Assembly (NCBI GenBank): GCA_019651595.1
Contig: BOYQ01000003.1
Location: 71,627-135,626 of the forward strand
DNA from: Candidatus Poseidoniales archaeon
Lineage (GTDB): Archaea; Thermoplasmatota; Poseidoniia; Poseidoniales; Poseidoniaceae
Reading direction: 5' to 3'
DNA: 64,000 bases
Shown here: positions 51,515 through 62,093 of the stretch, one piece after another
How positions within the stretch are numbered: the stretch's first letter is position 1
Layout of the letters: each line of letters starts with the position of its first letter
Notes under the pieces: model-generated
Told to the model about the DNA's origin: nothing
Seen by the model: only the letters and a program-made list of their open reading frames with translations
Database searches by the model: none
Position numbers and translations under genes: made by a program

Positions 51515-53112
51515 CTACACGACCTGACTGCGACGAACCAGTTCCACCATCGTTTCTCGGTCGCAATTGGCCAAGATGGGCGCCAATCTTGGGCCGCGTT
51601 CGGTTCCCATGAACAGCGCATAACTGGCTCGGTAAACATCCCGCATGCTCACGGCGGCTTCGGTTGCGGTGGACTTGAACGCCTCCGTGATGCCTTCTGC
51701 GGTCCAATCTGCAGACCGCAGGTTCGTCTCGAGGGCGACCAGCACCTTCCTTTGGTCGACCGTGAGTTCATTCAGGGCGGCGGCGCTTGGCGCTTCAAGG
51801 AGGGTAATTCGCATTTCATCGGGGAAATGTTCGGATGCGATCCATGAACGCATCCGAATCAGTCGGTCTTTCAGGGCCTCCGTGGGTTGGTCGATTGAAC
51901 CGGTGGAACGAAGGCTGTCCCAAACGGCATCGTCATCTGGCTTCACCTGTGCCAGCAACGAGAGGTGCCGGAAACTCACCGAGGTCGCCACGGAATCTTG
52001 GTCTTCATGAACCACGGAGAGATCCAACGCCACCATGGCGTCTTCAAGTTGAACGCGCTTTCGACGGCTCAAGTTTTCTGCTTCCATCTCGCCGGCGAGG
52101 TCGCGGGCGCAGAGGCGTTCATACTCGTCCGCCAAGTTCACCAGACCCATGCCAGTGTCAAATTCTATAGCCTTGCTGGGCTTAGAATTCGCCACCAAAA
52201 ATCGAAGAATTTCAGGAGGAACCAAGCGCAGCGCTTCAATGGGACCCACGGTGTTACCTGACGAGGACGACATGGCCCCTTACCTCGCAGGCTGATCCAT
52301 TCGTAGGTGAGCGGCGCTGGCGGCTCGTGCCCGAACAGAACAGCGATCTCCTTGCCGGTATCGTAGGACCCACCGGCAGCACCGTGGTCCTTCCCAAACG
52401 GTTCGCACGTGATACCGTTGAACCCCCATTTTGCGGGCCAGTCCAGGCGCCACGGCAGCTTCCCTTCACCTTTCTCAATGTTGGAAGAGCCCGATACGCC
52501 GTGTGCATCGGTCCAGTGTACGTGCGGGTATTCATAACCCGTGATTGCGACACCGTCGAGGGAGCCTTTGGAATCCAGCGGCTGCCACGGGAACCAATCC
52601 TCGGGAAGTTCACGACTTGACACGCGCTCAATGATCTCTCGAACGGCCGCCGGGTCGTCGCAAGCAACGCGGGCTGCATGACTGAATTTTCCTGCTTGGT
52701 ACGCCTCGAGGTTTGGCAGCAACCGGGGTTCGACCCCGATGCGCTTGAGCGCTTCAAGGAACGGTGTAAGGAAATGGTCACCGTAGGTCCAACCCTCTTC
52801 ATTGAACCGTTTCCAATCGGGTTTTCCTTCTTGGTCAGGTGCGGGGATTGAACCAAGTTGGTGTCCGATGAAGGCTTCGTACGAGGGGTCGAGAAACGGG
52901 TAGACCTTTCGCAGCGGGTCAGCGTTGTCGATCACGAACACCAGTTCTGCATCCATGCCGGCTCTTCGCGCCGCTCGAGCGATCATGTCGCCCGTTAGAA
53001 TCTCTCGAAGGTGGCCGATGTGAAATTCGCCGCTGGGCGTGATGCCGGTGGCCACGATGTGTTTGTCGCCTCGCTGGGCGAGGCGCTGAGCCATCACATC
53101 GCTCCAGTGCAT
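51515..53112 (-). CDS. lysK: class I lysyl-tRNA synthetase (one frameshift at the C4 run 52276-52279)
   Basis: The HIGH motif is 'PSGEFHIGHLRE'. The KMSKS-equivalent 'GKGAMSSSSGN' is restored by adding one G. Fragments 52165-53112 and 51515-52273. Confidence 0.9.
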
Positions 53113-53121
53113 GCGGATTCC

Positions 53122-53714
53122 TCAAACGGCCACGGCTCGAATCAAGCCCCGGAGCGGGACATCGTCGATTTCGTTCCGCGTGGTTTTGTTGACCAGAACG
53201 ATGGCGAGGGACACCTGCCTCCGGCGGCACGAATGGATTGGATGGTCTTGGACATGGTTTTGCCGGAGGACAGCACGTCGTCGATGATGACCACGCGCTT
53301 TCCTGCAACCTGGCTGTACTTGTTTGACAGTGAGCCACTGCCTTCACCCTCGTCGGTCGTTCGAAACACCGTCATGTCGGACTCAAGAATGCGTGCGACT
53401 TCATAGGCAAACGCGATGCCGTTGATGGAAATTCCAACCACCGTGTCAATGTTGTCGAACCCAAGTTCCTCGTCGGCGACGTCGGCCATGATGGAACCCA
53501 CGGCGGCGATGCGTTGGGGCCGGACGCCGAGCGTTCGCCAGCCAATGCGCACGTCGCTGGGTCGGTCCCCCTCGCTCGTGCCGGAGAGCAACCAGGTGAT
53601 GGTGTCCTGCGAAAGGGAAAGCTCATCCGCAATTTGCTGGGTGTTCAACCCCTCCTTCATCAGGCTGGATGCGAGGGCTTTCAATTCTTCAATGCTCAAG
53701 ACCATGGTCCTCAA
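53122..53714 (-). CDS. HTH + phosphoribosyltransferase-domain regulator (GfcR / PyrE-like, COG0856); frameshift near the 3' end
   Basis: The N-terminal HTH is 'LNTQQIADELSLSQDTITWLL' and the PRTase loop is 'VVIIDDVLSSGKT'. The shifted-frame C-terminus is 'VSLAIVLVNKTTRNEIDDVPLRGLIRAVAV'. Confidence 0.7.
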
Positions 53715-53804
53715 CCCTGTCCTGCCGTGGAACGCTCATGAATGCTTTCATGGTCCTCGTTCAGGGGCGAAAGTCTTGAAGGGAGGGAGCGACGGCGGGA
53801 AACC

Positions 53805-54214
53805 ATGTCGGACTTCGATTACGAGAGTCTTCTTGACCGGGCCCGTGAAAACATCCCGGAGGAGATTTCCTCTCGGTCTCGCTGGCGCCTTCCAGCACCG
53901 CAAATCATGATCGAGGGTTCCAACACGATTTTCCGAAATTTCAACGAAGTTGTCTCGATGATGGACAGGGACGACAACCACGTCTATCAGTACATCCTCA
54001 ATGAACTGGGAACCTCCGGCTCTCGGGACGGACCTCGTGCTCGATTTGGGGCGAATTCCTCCAAAGCGAATCAAGGGCACCATCGCCAACTACGTGAACG
54101 CCTTTCATCAAATGCAGTCAGTGCAGTGCACCCGATACCCACTTTGTGAAGGAAGACCGGACCACGCTCCTGAAGTGTCAAGCCTGCGGTGCGACCCGTC
54201 CCGTGAAACTTTGA
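53805..54214 (+). CDS. translation initiation factor aIF2 subunit beta (at least 2 frameshifts)
   Basis: 'DYESLLDRARENIPEE...RWRLPAPQIMIEGSNTIFRNFNEV' belongs to aIF2-beta. The C-terminal zinc ribbon 'IKCSQCSAPDTHFVKEDRTTLLKCQACGA' is readable in a shifted frame. Confidence 0.8.
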
Positions 54215-54559
54215 TCAGGTGATTTTGAGGGTGGCCTTCGGGTCCACCTCACCGGTCAACAAATGGTTCAGCACGGCCTGCATCGTCGCCTCATCGCTGA
54301 GGCTGTACCACACGCCTTCGGGGTAGACGACGCAGGGTGGGGCCTTGTTCACAGAAATCCAAGCAGCCAGATTTCTGGACCCTGATGTTGGCGTCGCTGG
54401 AGGCACGGACCTGTTGTTTGAGCGTCCGCATGAGGTCGATACTTCCCCTGCTGAGGCAGGATGGTCTGGCGCTCCCTCAGGTCGCTCATGACCGCAGACA
54501 AAGGCATGACGAAGGTAGCCTGGTTCGATACGACCTTTCGGGTCCGCTGGCAACCTCAA
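54215..54559 (-). CDS. thioredoxin-like [2Fe-2S] ferredoxin (two frameshifts)
   Basis: It contains 'HAFVCGHERPEGAP'. The shifted-frame section reads 'SCLSRGSIDLMRTLKQQV...VQKSGCLDFCEQGP', followed by 'CVVYPEGVWYSLSDEATMQAVLNHLLTG'. Confidence 0.65.
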   Translation of the reverse strand: MRLPADPKGRIEPGYLRHAFVCGHERPEGAPDHPASAGEVSTSCGRSNNRSVPPATPTSGSRNLAAWISVNKAPPCVVYPEGVWYSLSDEATMQAVLNHLLTGEVDPKATLKIT

Positions 54560-54801
54560 GCCTCCAGTCGGTTGATTGCATCCGCCAGCTGTGCGTCAAG
54601 ATCGGTGAGCGCACCTGCGTCGTGGGTGAACGTTTCAACCACGGCGTAGCCCTAGCCGAAATGGAGATCTGCATGGTGGTTCAGTTGTTCGCAAATACTG
54701 GAGACGGCATCAATGAAGGCTTTGGCACCGTCAAAGTCGTCAAATGTGAATTCCCGCATCAGCTTCCCTTCAACCACGGCCCAGTTGGCAGGGGGGTTCA
54801 T
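54556..54801 (-). pseudogene. pterin-4a-carbinolamine dehydratase interrupted by an in-frame TAG (54652-54654)
   Basis: The reading 'WAVVEGKLMREFTFDDFDGAKAFIDAVSSICEQLNHHADLHFG*GYAVVETFTHDAGALTDLDAQLADAINRL' is colinear with PCD/DCoH proteins. The stop falls where those proteins carry a conserved Tyr. Confidence 0.6.
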
Positions 54802-54805
54802 GGCA

Positions 54806-55246
54806 TCAACCCCAAAGGTGGGAGTCGTCGTTGCCCTTGGTCTCCTTCTCGACTTTTTCATGGAGTTTGGAGCGTCGCTTCATGTCTTCGCGTTCAAAGG
54901 CAAGCAGTTCCTTGTCGTCGATGTAGGCGGGTCGTGTGTGAGCGATGAGTTCCATTTTCACAATGACCTCACGAGAGATGAACACGCAGCGCCCGTCCTC
55001 GGTGAGGATTTCCAAACTTGACTTACCCGACGAGATCAGGCGGCCACGAATGTGAGCGTCTTCTGGGTCCGAGAAGGCTTGAACGTTCAAATGGAGTTCC
55101 ACGAAGTCATCCCTTCGCAGGCCTTGGCGTCGTTCGAGAAGGTCGCCGTTGTAGACGGATTCCAACCCTTGAAGCTCGGGGGAACCCATGTCTTCCCACA
55201 TCGTTTTCGCCCAGTCAGGCAAGTCCACGCCGCTCTTCTTCGCCAT
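54806..55246 (-). CDS. hypothetical protein
   Basis: 146-aa ORF with coding-like composition, co-directional with the PCD and ferredoxin genes. No family recognised. Confidence 0.5.
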   Translation of the reverse strand: MAKKSGVDLPDWAKTMWEDMGSPELQGLESVYNGDLLERRQGLRRDDFVELHLNVQAFSDPEDAHIRGRLISSGKSSLEILTEDGRCVFISREVIVKMELIAHTRPAYIDDKELLAFEREDMKRRSKLHEKVEKETKGNDDSHLWG

Positions 55247-55356
55247 GGTTGTACGATGCGGCGAGCGTACTTGAACCTCCCCTTTCCGCCCCCACTCGTC
55301 AACCGGACGGGATAGTTCATGAAGGGAAGACGGCGGCGGAGGACTGAGGCAAGGAC

Positions 55357-56472
55357 ATGAAGGTCTCGTGGCGCACGCTCGGAACGGTTTTGTTGGAGGA
55401 CGAGGTTCTCGACAAGGCCTTTTCTCGAGCCAAGAAAGCCGCTGACAGAGTCGATGATTCCGACCGTGTGTTCCGTGTCCGAAAGCAAATGACCCGCATG
55501 GTCCAGACCGCTGCGGACATCATCGCCACCGAATTTCAAGAATTGGTTTCAGCGTGGCCCTCGCTCGATCAGTCTCCCCTGTTTGACGTCGCCATGATCG
55601 ACGCTTGTGTCGGGTGCGATGACTATCGGAAAAACCTCGCAACGCTCCAGTGGGCATCGAAGCAAGTGCAACGCATCGCCTCTCAGAACGCCAAGAAGAT
55701 CATTCGAACCGGTCGTACCGATTTGATGCATGAGGCCCGACGAGAAGCATACGGGCGAATTTCTTCCGTGATGCGTCAGGTGGGACCGTCGCTTGATTGG
55801 TTGAGCGAAGCGCGTGAAACGCTGAAGCGCCTGCCGAAGATCGACCCCGTCTCACCCTGCATCGTGGTTTGCGGCGCTCCCAACGTTGGAAAATCAGCCT
55901 TCATCACCGCCTTGAGCACTGGGAAAATGGAGGTGAACCACTACCCGTTCACAACCAAGCAGATCCACGTCGGACACTTTACACATCGACGTTTGCAGTA
56001 CCAAATGGTCGACACGCCCGGTTTGTTGGACCGTCCCATGGAACAGCGAAACCACATCGAAATGCAGGCCATTGCGGCCTTGGAACACATCGGTTCGCTC
56101 GTGTTGTTCCTGGTGGATGAGAGCGAATCATGTGGCACACCGCTTGAGGAACAGATGAACCTCTTGGAAGAAGTTCAAACCCTGCTACCGGACACCGCAT
56201 TGATGCAGGTGAGCTCAAAAGCCGACCTGCTCAAACCCTTGCCGCCTATGTGGGATGAGGTGGCCCAACACGAAACGGCTTGGCGAGACGGCGGCTCCGA
56301 GGGCGAACCCTTGCTCCCGCTGTTGCTGGACGGTGAGGGCCGAGTCTGCCTTTCCGCCACTGAAAACGTGGGGCTGGACGCCATGCGTCTGGAAATCGTT
56401 CGGCGCGTCAAGGCGGCTCGACCCAACGACCCGATGGAACTCCCCGAGGGCTGGTACCGCCAAGATGTGTGA
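55357..56472 (+). CDS. NOG1-type GTP-binding protein (COG1084)
   Basis: An N-terminal helical NOG1 domain is followed by G1 'GAPNVGKS', 'YPFTT', G3 'DTPG' and G4 'SKAD'. Confidence 0.85.
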   Translation: MKVSWRTLGTVLLEDEVLDKAFSRAKKAADRVDDSDRVFRVRKQMTRMVQTAADIIATEFQELVSAWPSLDQSPLFDVAMIDACVGCDDYRKNLATLQWASKQVQRIASQNAKKIIRTGRTDLMHEARREAYGRISSVMRQVGPSLDWLSEARETLKRLPKIDPVSPCIVVCGAPNVGKSAFITALSTGKMEVNHYPFTTKQIHVGHFTHRRLQYQMVDTPGLLDRPMEQRNHIEMQAIAALEHIGSLVLFLVDESESCGTPLEEQMNLLEEVQTLLPDTALMQVSSKADLLKPLPPMWDEVAQHETAWRDGGSEGEPLLPLLLDGEGRVCLSATENVGLDAMRLEIVRRVKAARPNDPMELPEGWYRQDV

Positions 56473-58232
56473 TCACATCGTGGTGAGCGGTACGACACCC
56501 AACCCTTCCATGCCAGCCTTGAGTGTGGCCCTGGCGAGTTCAGAAACGGCGTAGTAGAAGGCGTTGACCTCACCTTCGCTGATGATGTAGCAGTCTCTAT
56601 AGAACGTGTTGTAGGCCGTGGCAAGGTGGAGCATGTATTCGGCGAAAGTTGGGTCGATGTTCGCGAACCACTTTCTCGAGACGGTCATCGTGAACCGCCA
56701 ACGTCCGCAGCAACTGGACCAAGCCAGCCGGCATGGTGCTTGACTCAGGAACCTCCCGGGGTCCTCCGGCTTTGTTTCGCCGCCCAAACAAGGGCTTTTC
56801 ACCTTGGCTTGAATGGAGCAGGCTCGTGTGTGGCTGTACATGATGAACGGTGCGGACCCCGCTCAAACTCAACGCATCTTCCCATCGGAACGTGAACCCC
56901 CTTTTTCCCGGGCTGACGCTGATGATGTTGAATCGGACGGCTGAGGTTCCGACGGCTTCAACGATGTTCGTCATCGCTGCCTCGTCAGGGCGGGACGACG
57001 TTCCGAGAACCTCAACGGCGTGCGCCTGCGCTTCTTCAAGAAGGTCGTCCATGAACACCACGTTGCCTCGTCGAGTTGACATCTTTCCTCTGGGAGTTTG
57101 ATGAAGGAGTAGAACATGACTTCAGGGCGTCGTTCTCCCAACTCTTCGAGGTCAGACCGACCTGCTGTGCCTGCAGCGTGGTCTTCGCCAAGGACGTTGA
57201 TGAACCGTTGCATTGGCTCCATTTTCACCGATGGTAGGCGATGTCTCGCGTGGCGTAAAGGGACGATCCGTCACCTCGCCGGTAGAAGAATTCCGTCTTC
57301 CCCTTGAGGCCTCGTTGTCCGAGGTCGAGGAATTGGGCGCCGTTGTCGGCCACACCGTTGATCTCAAGTCCGCCCAACTCTTCCATCAGTCGAGCCACAT
57401 CGCCGTTGGTCACGAACACGGATTCCTTGGTGAACCGGTCGAACTGAATGCCGAGCCGGCCCAGCGTTTCCAGCATGCCGTCCAGAACCGGTTGATAGGC
57501 GGCCTCAAAAGCGGCCAGGACGGCCTCATCACCGTGTTCGCTGGCGTGGACAAGGGCGCCGATGTCGTCTTCGATGCGGTTTGCTTCGGTGGATTCTTTC
57601 CGCTGACGTTGGGCGGCTTGGTACCACCGGACACGTCGGTGGTCGGCTTTGTCCGCCCATTGCGGATTGACCGGTTCCCGGTCGGCGAGCAGCGTTTCAA
57701 CCTCCTCTTCGCTCATGTTCTCAAGCGCCCAAGCCAGCACAGCCACTTGTTTGCCCATGTCGTCGACGTAATACTCGGCCGTGACCCTGTCGCCCCACAA
57801 ACGATGTAGGCGGACGAGGGTGTCGCCCAGGATGGCGTTTCGCGCTCGGCCGACGTGAAACGGGCCGTTGGGGTTGGCCGAGGTGTGTTCGATGAGCACT
57901 TCCCTCCGGCCTTCATGCCCCGATTGGCGGTGCTTTCCAGCCAGCACTTGTTGCGCCAACCATGCGGGTGAGGCACGCACGTTGAGGTAGCCGTTGACGG
58001 CGGTGATGCTCTCCACGGCCTCGTGAGCGGGGAGCGCCTCGCACAGTTGCTCGGCGATGGCGGCCGGAGCCATGCCCAAGGTTTTGGCAAAGGCAAAACA
58101 GGGCAGGGAGAGGTCGCCCTGTTCAAGTTCCCGAGCAGGCTGGAGAAGCCGGCCGACGAGCCCCGGGTCAACACCCATGGACGTGACGGCGTTCTCCACC
58201 AGCGGTTGAATTTCGTTTTTCAGAAGGTCCAT
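56473..58232 (-). CDS. argS: arginyl-tRNA synthetase (at least 3 frameshifts)
   Basis: Fragments 57225-58232 ('EHTSANPNGPFHVGRARNAILGD'), 56971-57228, 56597-57082 ('MSTRRGNVV') and 56473-56841 (the anticodon-binding C-terminus, ending in M). Confidence 0.9.
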
Positions 58233-58241
58233 GCGGTCACC

Positions 58242-59500
58242 TCACATCATCGGGTAGCGTAGAATCGCTGCCAAACCGCCAAAGCCTTGCATCAGTTGGG
58301 AGCCTTCTTCCGTGTCCACAGAGATGTAGGTAACTTCTGAGTTACTGTCCTCTGCAAGCGAGGTTAACGAGTCAATAATGGAATGGCTGGAGAGTTCTTT
58401 GATGGCATCACCCGAGGCGCCGCATGAGGGGCAGGCCGGAAGTTCCTGTTGACGGGTGAGGCGTGCTTCCCAGTCGTTCTCGGCACCATGATTGCACTTT
58501 TTGCACTGCATTTTGATGATGTTACCTCGGAGCCCTTCAGAGATAGCAGCGTGTCAACGGCGCCGCTGGTCAGGGCTTGTTTGATCATCATTTCACCGTA
58601 GGTGGCTTTGGGGTGGGTGCGAATCAATTCCTCAAGGAAGCGATTCATGACTTGACGTTCGGCATCCAACTCGATTTCCCCCATCAGTTGGCCTGCGTTT
58701 TCGACCAGTTCGCGGACCCCCGACTCGTTGGAATAGCCAACGTCAAACGTGGTTTTGGCGATTTTCTTCGCGATTTCGTGGTGGAAGTATTCGTTTTTTA
58801 CAACGAAATCCTTGGTGGCGCCGGGCCCGCCTACAATGACGGCCTGGATGTTTTCCAAGTGCGGCAACCAGTACGAGCATGCGTGCTCGGTGGCTCGCTT
58901 GAAGAAATTGTGAGCCGCTTCTTCGATGAGGCGTTCAAAACGCTGGGCGGATTGACCGCCCTGCCGGTGCTTTCCCATGATGTTCGACACGAGATGTTCC
59001 TGAACGTGGATGCGTTTGCCCGAGGCGATGCCGTAGGCGGCTTCTGCACGGTCGATCACGAACAGGGCGTAGGATTTCTTGTCCACCAGCATCTCTTCGA
59101 GTTGCGTCAACTCGAATCGGGAATCGCATCGGTAGCGGAACGAAATCAGCGGTTGGGGCGGATCTTCGACCACGATGTTGACCATTCGACTCTTGTTGTT
59201 CCCCACGATGACCGATCCCACGAAGATGGCCAGCCCGTGTTCACCGGGTGTTTTGTACCTCGAGAGGGTTGAGATGGCGGATTCAATGGCGCCCTGAACG
59301 TTTTTGCGGGTGCCTTTTGATTTGATGTTGGCCGCTTGGCCGTGTTCGTTCTGCAGCATGGAGCGAGCGTCGGAGACTTGGCGGTCAGGTGGGATGATGA
59401 GCGTGACCAACTCCGTACCGAAGCCCTTCATTTCCCTCAGGTCTTCAAGGGCGAGTTTGAGGCGCATCCGGCGTGCCGACAACTTTGCATCGTCTGCCAT
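58242..59500 (-). CDS. prf1: peptide chain release factor aRF1 (one frameshift near 58500)
   Basis: The NIKS motif is 'AANIKSKGTR' and the GGQ motif is 'HRQGGQSAQRF'. The C-terminal zinc-ribbon insert is 'CKKCNHG...CPSCG' in fragment 58242-58511. The start ATG is at 59500. Confidence 0.9.
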
Positions 59501-59624
59501 GGTGCTCCCCAAATGTTGGGCTGGGGCACGGCATTTCAATCCTCCCACCGCTTCAGCGTGGTCCGTGTCGTGTGGGTCGCTGCAAAGGGATAGGATGAAA
59601 GCATGGGCGCGACGCAAGGAATCC

Positions 59625-60333
59625 ATGAGCCCCGTCCATGTTGTTGCCCTTGGCGGGCAGCCTGCTTCGGCCCGAGGAGGCCGAGGACCGCACCACGTGG
59701 TTGGGTCAACTCCGGCAGCTCATGGTCCACCTCGAAGGTAATGGACGTCGAATCGGTTTGGTTGTGGGCGGCGGCTTGCCGGCCCGTGAAGGCATTGAAC
59801 TCGCCAAGGCCACGGTGGCTTCCCCCCATCGCCTTGATGAAATCGGTATTGCGGGCACGCGGCTCAATGCAACGGTGCTCCAGCAGGTGCTGCTGGAGAT
59901 TGGATGCGATGTGGCCCCCTCCGTCCCGCACACGATCGATGACGCTCGCTCGCTCCTCGACGACCACCACATCGTGGTCATGGGCGGAACCGTGCCCGGG
60001 CACACCACGGACACGGTCGCCGTGAAACTGGCCGCCGCCGTTCATGCCCGGCACTGCATCATCGCCACCAACGTCTCGCACGTCTTCACCAAAGATCCGA
60101 GGCATCACGATGATGCTGAGGCGCTCACCGAGATCAGCCTGAACGAACTCGCCGCTATCGTGGGTGCAGGTGCGCCCCTTGAACCCGGGGCCTCCGCCGT
60201 GGTCGACCCGGTGGCCGTGAGCGTGGCGCTCGAGGCTGGCTTGGATTTGGCCGTGCTTGACGGCCGCGACCTCCGTCGGCTGGACGATGCGCTTGACGGC
60301 AAACTCTTCGACGGTACCGTCATCAAAGCATGA
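59625..60333 (+). CDS. pyrH: UMP kinase, archaeal type (frameshift at the GGG run 59655-59657)
   Basis: 'MSPVHVVALGG|SLLRPEE...IGLVVGGG...VVMGGTVPGHTTDTVAVKLAAAV' matches the amino-acid kinase fold. Confidence 0.85.
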
Positions 60334-60407
60334 GGTGAATTCAATGGTTGATGCAAAGAAGGTGAAGGACATGGTGGCCAAGAAGTCGAGTCAGTTTATT
60401 CGGCAAC

Positions 60408-60626
60408 ATGCAGGGAGGCGGCAAGGTATCGCCTCACAAGCACTGTAGAATCTGTCATGAGCCGATTTCGGTGAAAGCCGATCCTCGGGTTTGCAAACAA
60501 CAGGAATGCATCGACCAGAACGAAAAGGACGAGAAGAACCAGCGAACGGTTCGAATCGCCATGTTCGTGTTCTTCGGGCTGTTCGCCCTGCCTTACCTGT
60601 ACACGATTGCCATGCAGTTGGTCTGA
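60408..60626 (+). CDS. small zinc-ribbon membrane protein (DUF2116-like)
   Basis: 'HKHCRICHEPI...CKQQEC' is followed by a basic stretch and a C-terminal TM helix 'IAMFVFFGLFALPYLYTIA'. Confidence 0.5.
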   Translation: MQGGGKVSPHKHCRICHEPISVKADPRVCKQQECIDQNEKDEKNQRTVRIAMFVFFGLFALPYLYTIAMQLV

Positions 60627-60632
60627 GGGCGC

Positions 60633-61577
60633 TCAGTCCAAGCCGAATTCACGGACGAGGAGCAACCGCAGGAAGCGCTGCGCACTTTGCAGCACGAGGC
60701 CCGTGGCCATGAGCGATAGACCGAGCAAGCCGATCCACACCGCTGAAAAACCAGCGCCGATGATGCTGTCGAGCTGGAGCGTGAAATCTTGTGCTGTTCG
60801 AGTACCCATGGCGGCCCCGGTGGCGAGCAGCCCGAACCCTGGCAGGCCGAGCACCAGCAGCGGTTTCTTTTGAGACAAAGAAAGGACGGCCCACGTCATG
60901 ACGGTGAACCCGTGTGAAACGGCGGTGAAATTGGACCCCTTGGGCACGTCGTAGCGAATGACGGTGGGCACCTCGAGGACACGAAGTTGCTTTTCGTGAG
61001 CGTCCTCCAACATTTCGAGCGAGAGTTCCATTCCCTCGGAATCGAATCGGAGACGCTCAAGCGCCGTTCGCGAAAAGGCCCTGAATCCAGATTGGGTGTC
61101 CTTGATGCCGAGGTCGCTTGACAGGTTGGAAGCCGCCGTGATGACCTTGATACCGAGGCGGCGGTAAGCCGGCATGTCGGTACCGCCTCCACCGTCAACG
61201 AATCGTGATCCGATGGCAAAATCGGCCTCACCGTCGAGGATGGGTTTCAGCAGTTTGGGAATGTCAGCGGTTTCGTGCTGGCCGTCGGAGTCCAACAGGA
61301 CGAGGGCGTCGGCGTCAAGCTGACTCGCTCGCAAGAACAAGGTCTTCAGCGCCCCACCGTAGCCACGGTTGACGCGATGACGAATCACGGTTGCTCCGCA
61401 AGCCTCGGCGATTCTGGCGCTGGCGTCCGAGGACCCGTCGTCAATGCAAATCACTTCGTCGACGTAGCGAAGCGCACGAGTGACGACCGAGCCAATGGTC
61501 TCTTCCTCGTTGTACATGGGCATGCCGGCCACAATGTGCGGTTTCGCCGCACTGCTCGACTTGTCCCCTCGAGGCAC
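60633..61577 (-). CDS. family 2 glycosyltransferase (dolichyl-phosphate sugar synthase-like) with C-terminal TM helices; GTG start
   Basis: 'VAGMPMYNEEETIGSVV...VICIDDGSSDASARIAE...LDSDGQH' are GT2 motifs. Two C-terminal TM helices are present. Confidence 0.85.
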   Translation of the reverse strand: MPRGDKSSSAAKPHIVAGMPMYNEEETIGSVVTRALRYVDEVICIDDGSSDASARIAEACGATVIRHRVNRGYGGALKTLFLRASQLDADALVLLDSDGQHETADIPKLLKPILDGEADFAIGSRFVDGGGGTDMPAYRRLGIKVITAASNLSSDLGIKDTQSGFRAFSRTALERLRFDSEGMELSLEMLEDAHEKQLRVLEVPTVIRYDVPKGSNFTAVSHGFTVMTWAVLSLSQKKPLLVLGLPGFGLLATGAAMGTRTAQDFTLQLDSIIGAGFSAVWIGLLGLSLMATGLVLQSAQRFLRLLLVREFGLD

Positions 61578-61597
61578 GGGTTTGCGTCAGCGAGCTT

Positions 61598-61620
61598 CTA
61601 TATATGGTTGCTTAAATAAA
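61598..61620 (-). promoter_or_regulatory. AT-rich TATA/BRE-like region directly upstream of the GT2 start codon
   Basis: The minus strand reads TTTATTTAAGCAACCATATATAG and ends about 21 nt before the GTG start. This suggests a leaderless or very short-leader transcript. Confidence 0.4.
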
Positions 61621-61718
61621 TACGAAACATTTTGTCGAAAGGCCGGTCGATTGACCGCAGTCAATCGCTCAGCGGTGTACTTCTCCAAGAGAAGGGCGTC
61701 CAGGACGGCCGGATGGGC

Positions 61719-61967
61719 TCAATCGTGGAGTTGGGTCACGGTGGTGACAGCACGCTCACCGGAGAGCACCTTTTGCAGGGCACTCATCGAGATCACCAGC
61801 GGAACATAGGACTGGCCGTCACTGGTCATGTACGTGCTGCAGTCGGCGAAGGCTGCCGTGTTGATGGAGAGCTTGAGCGCTCCACCGGCGTTGCTTCGGC
61901 GAACATAGCCCACCAGGATGTTGTTGTCCAACGCTTCGGTTTGCTTTGCAGATTCAGATTTCTTCAT
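61719..61967 (-). CDS. hypothetical small protein
   Basis: Reads 'MKKSESAKQTEALDNNILVGYVRRSNAGGALKLSINTAAF...GERAVTTVTQL'. The internal ATG of ORF 61719-62009 is preferred. No family recognised. Confidence 0.4.
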   Translation of the reverse strand: MKKSESAKQTEALDNNILVGYVRRSNAGGALKLSINTAAFADCSTYMTSDGQSYVPLVISMSALQKVLSGERAVTTVTQLHD

Positions 61968-62065
61968 GTTTTCACCTCCCCCAAGGCTCTGGTTCCTCAG
62001 GAACTGCACGATTCACCTCAACGATAATCAAGGCATCTTTGCCTTGATGGACGGAACCATTTCCC

Positions 62066-62070
62066 TTATA
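62066..62070 (+). promoter_or_regulatory. TATA-like element (TTATA) 24-28 nt upstream of the epimerase ATG
   Basis: CCCTTATACGGG lies in the divergent intergenic region. The spacing implies a leaderless mRNA. Confidence 0.35.
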
Positions 62071-62093
62071 CGGGCGGTTTTGGTGGTCAAGGC

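Noticed and set aside
54652-54654. In-frame TAG read as pyrrolysine or programmed readthrough
   Set aside because: The codon aligns with a conserved Tyr, one substitution away. No pyl genes or other in-frame TAGs are seen in the window, and the contig is demonstrably error-prone.
59536-60381. 281-aa minus-strand ORF overlapping pyrH. Similar cases are 31199-32104 and 31647-32456 over aCPSF1, 62774-63571 over the epimerase and thioredoxin-like genes, and 21315-21866 over rps3ae.
   Set aside because: All are antisense to genes with strong family signatures and have no motifs of their own, so they are shadow ORFs.
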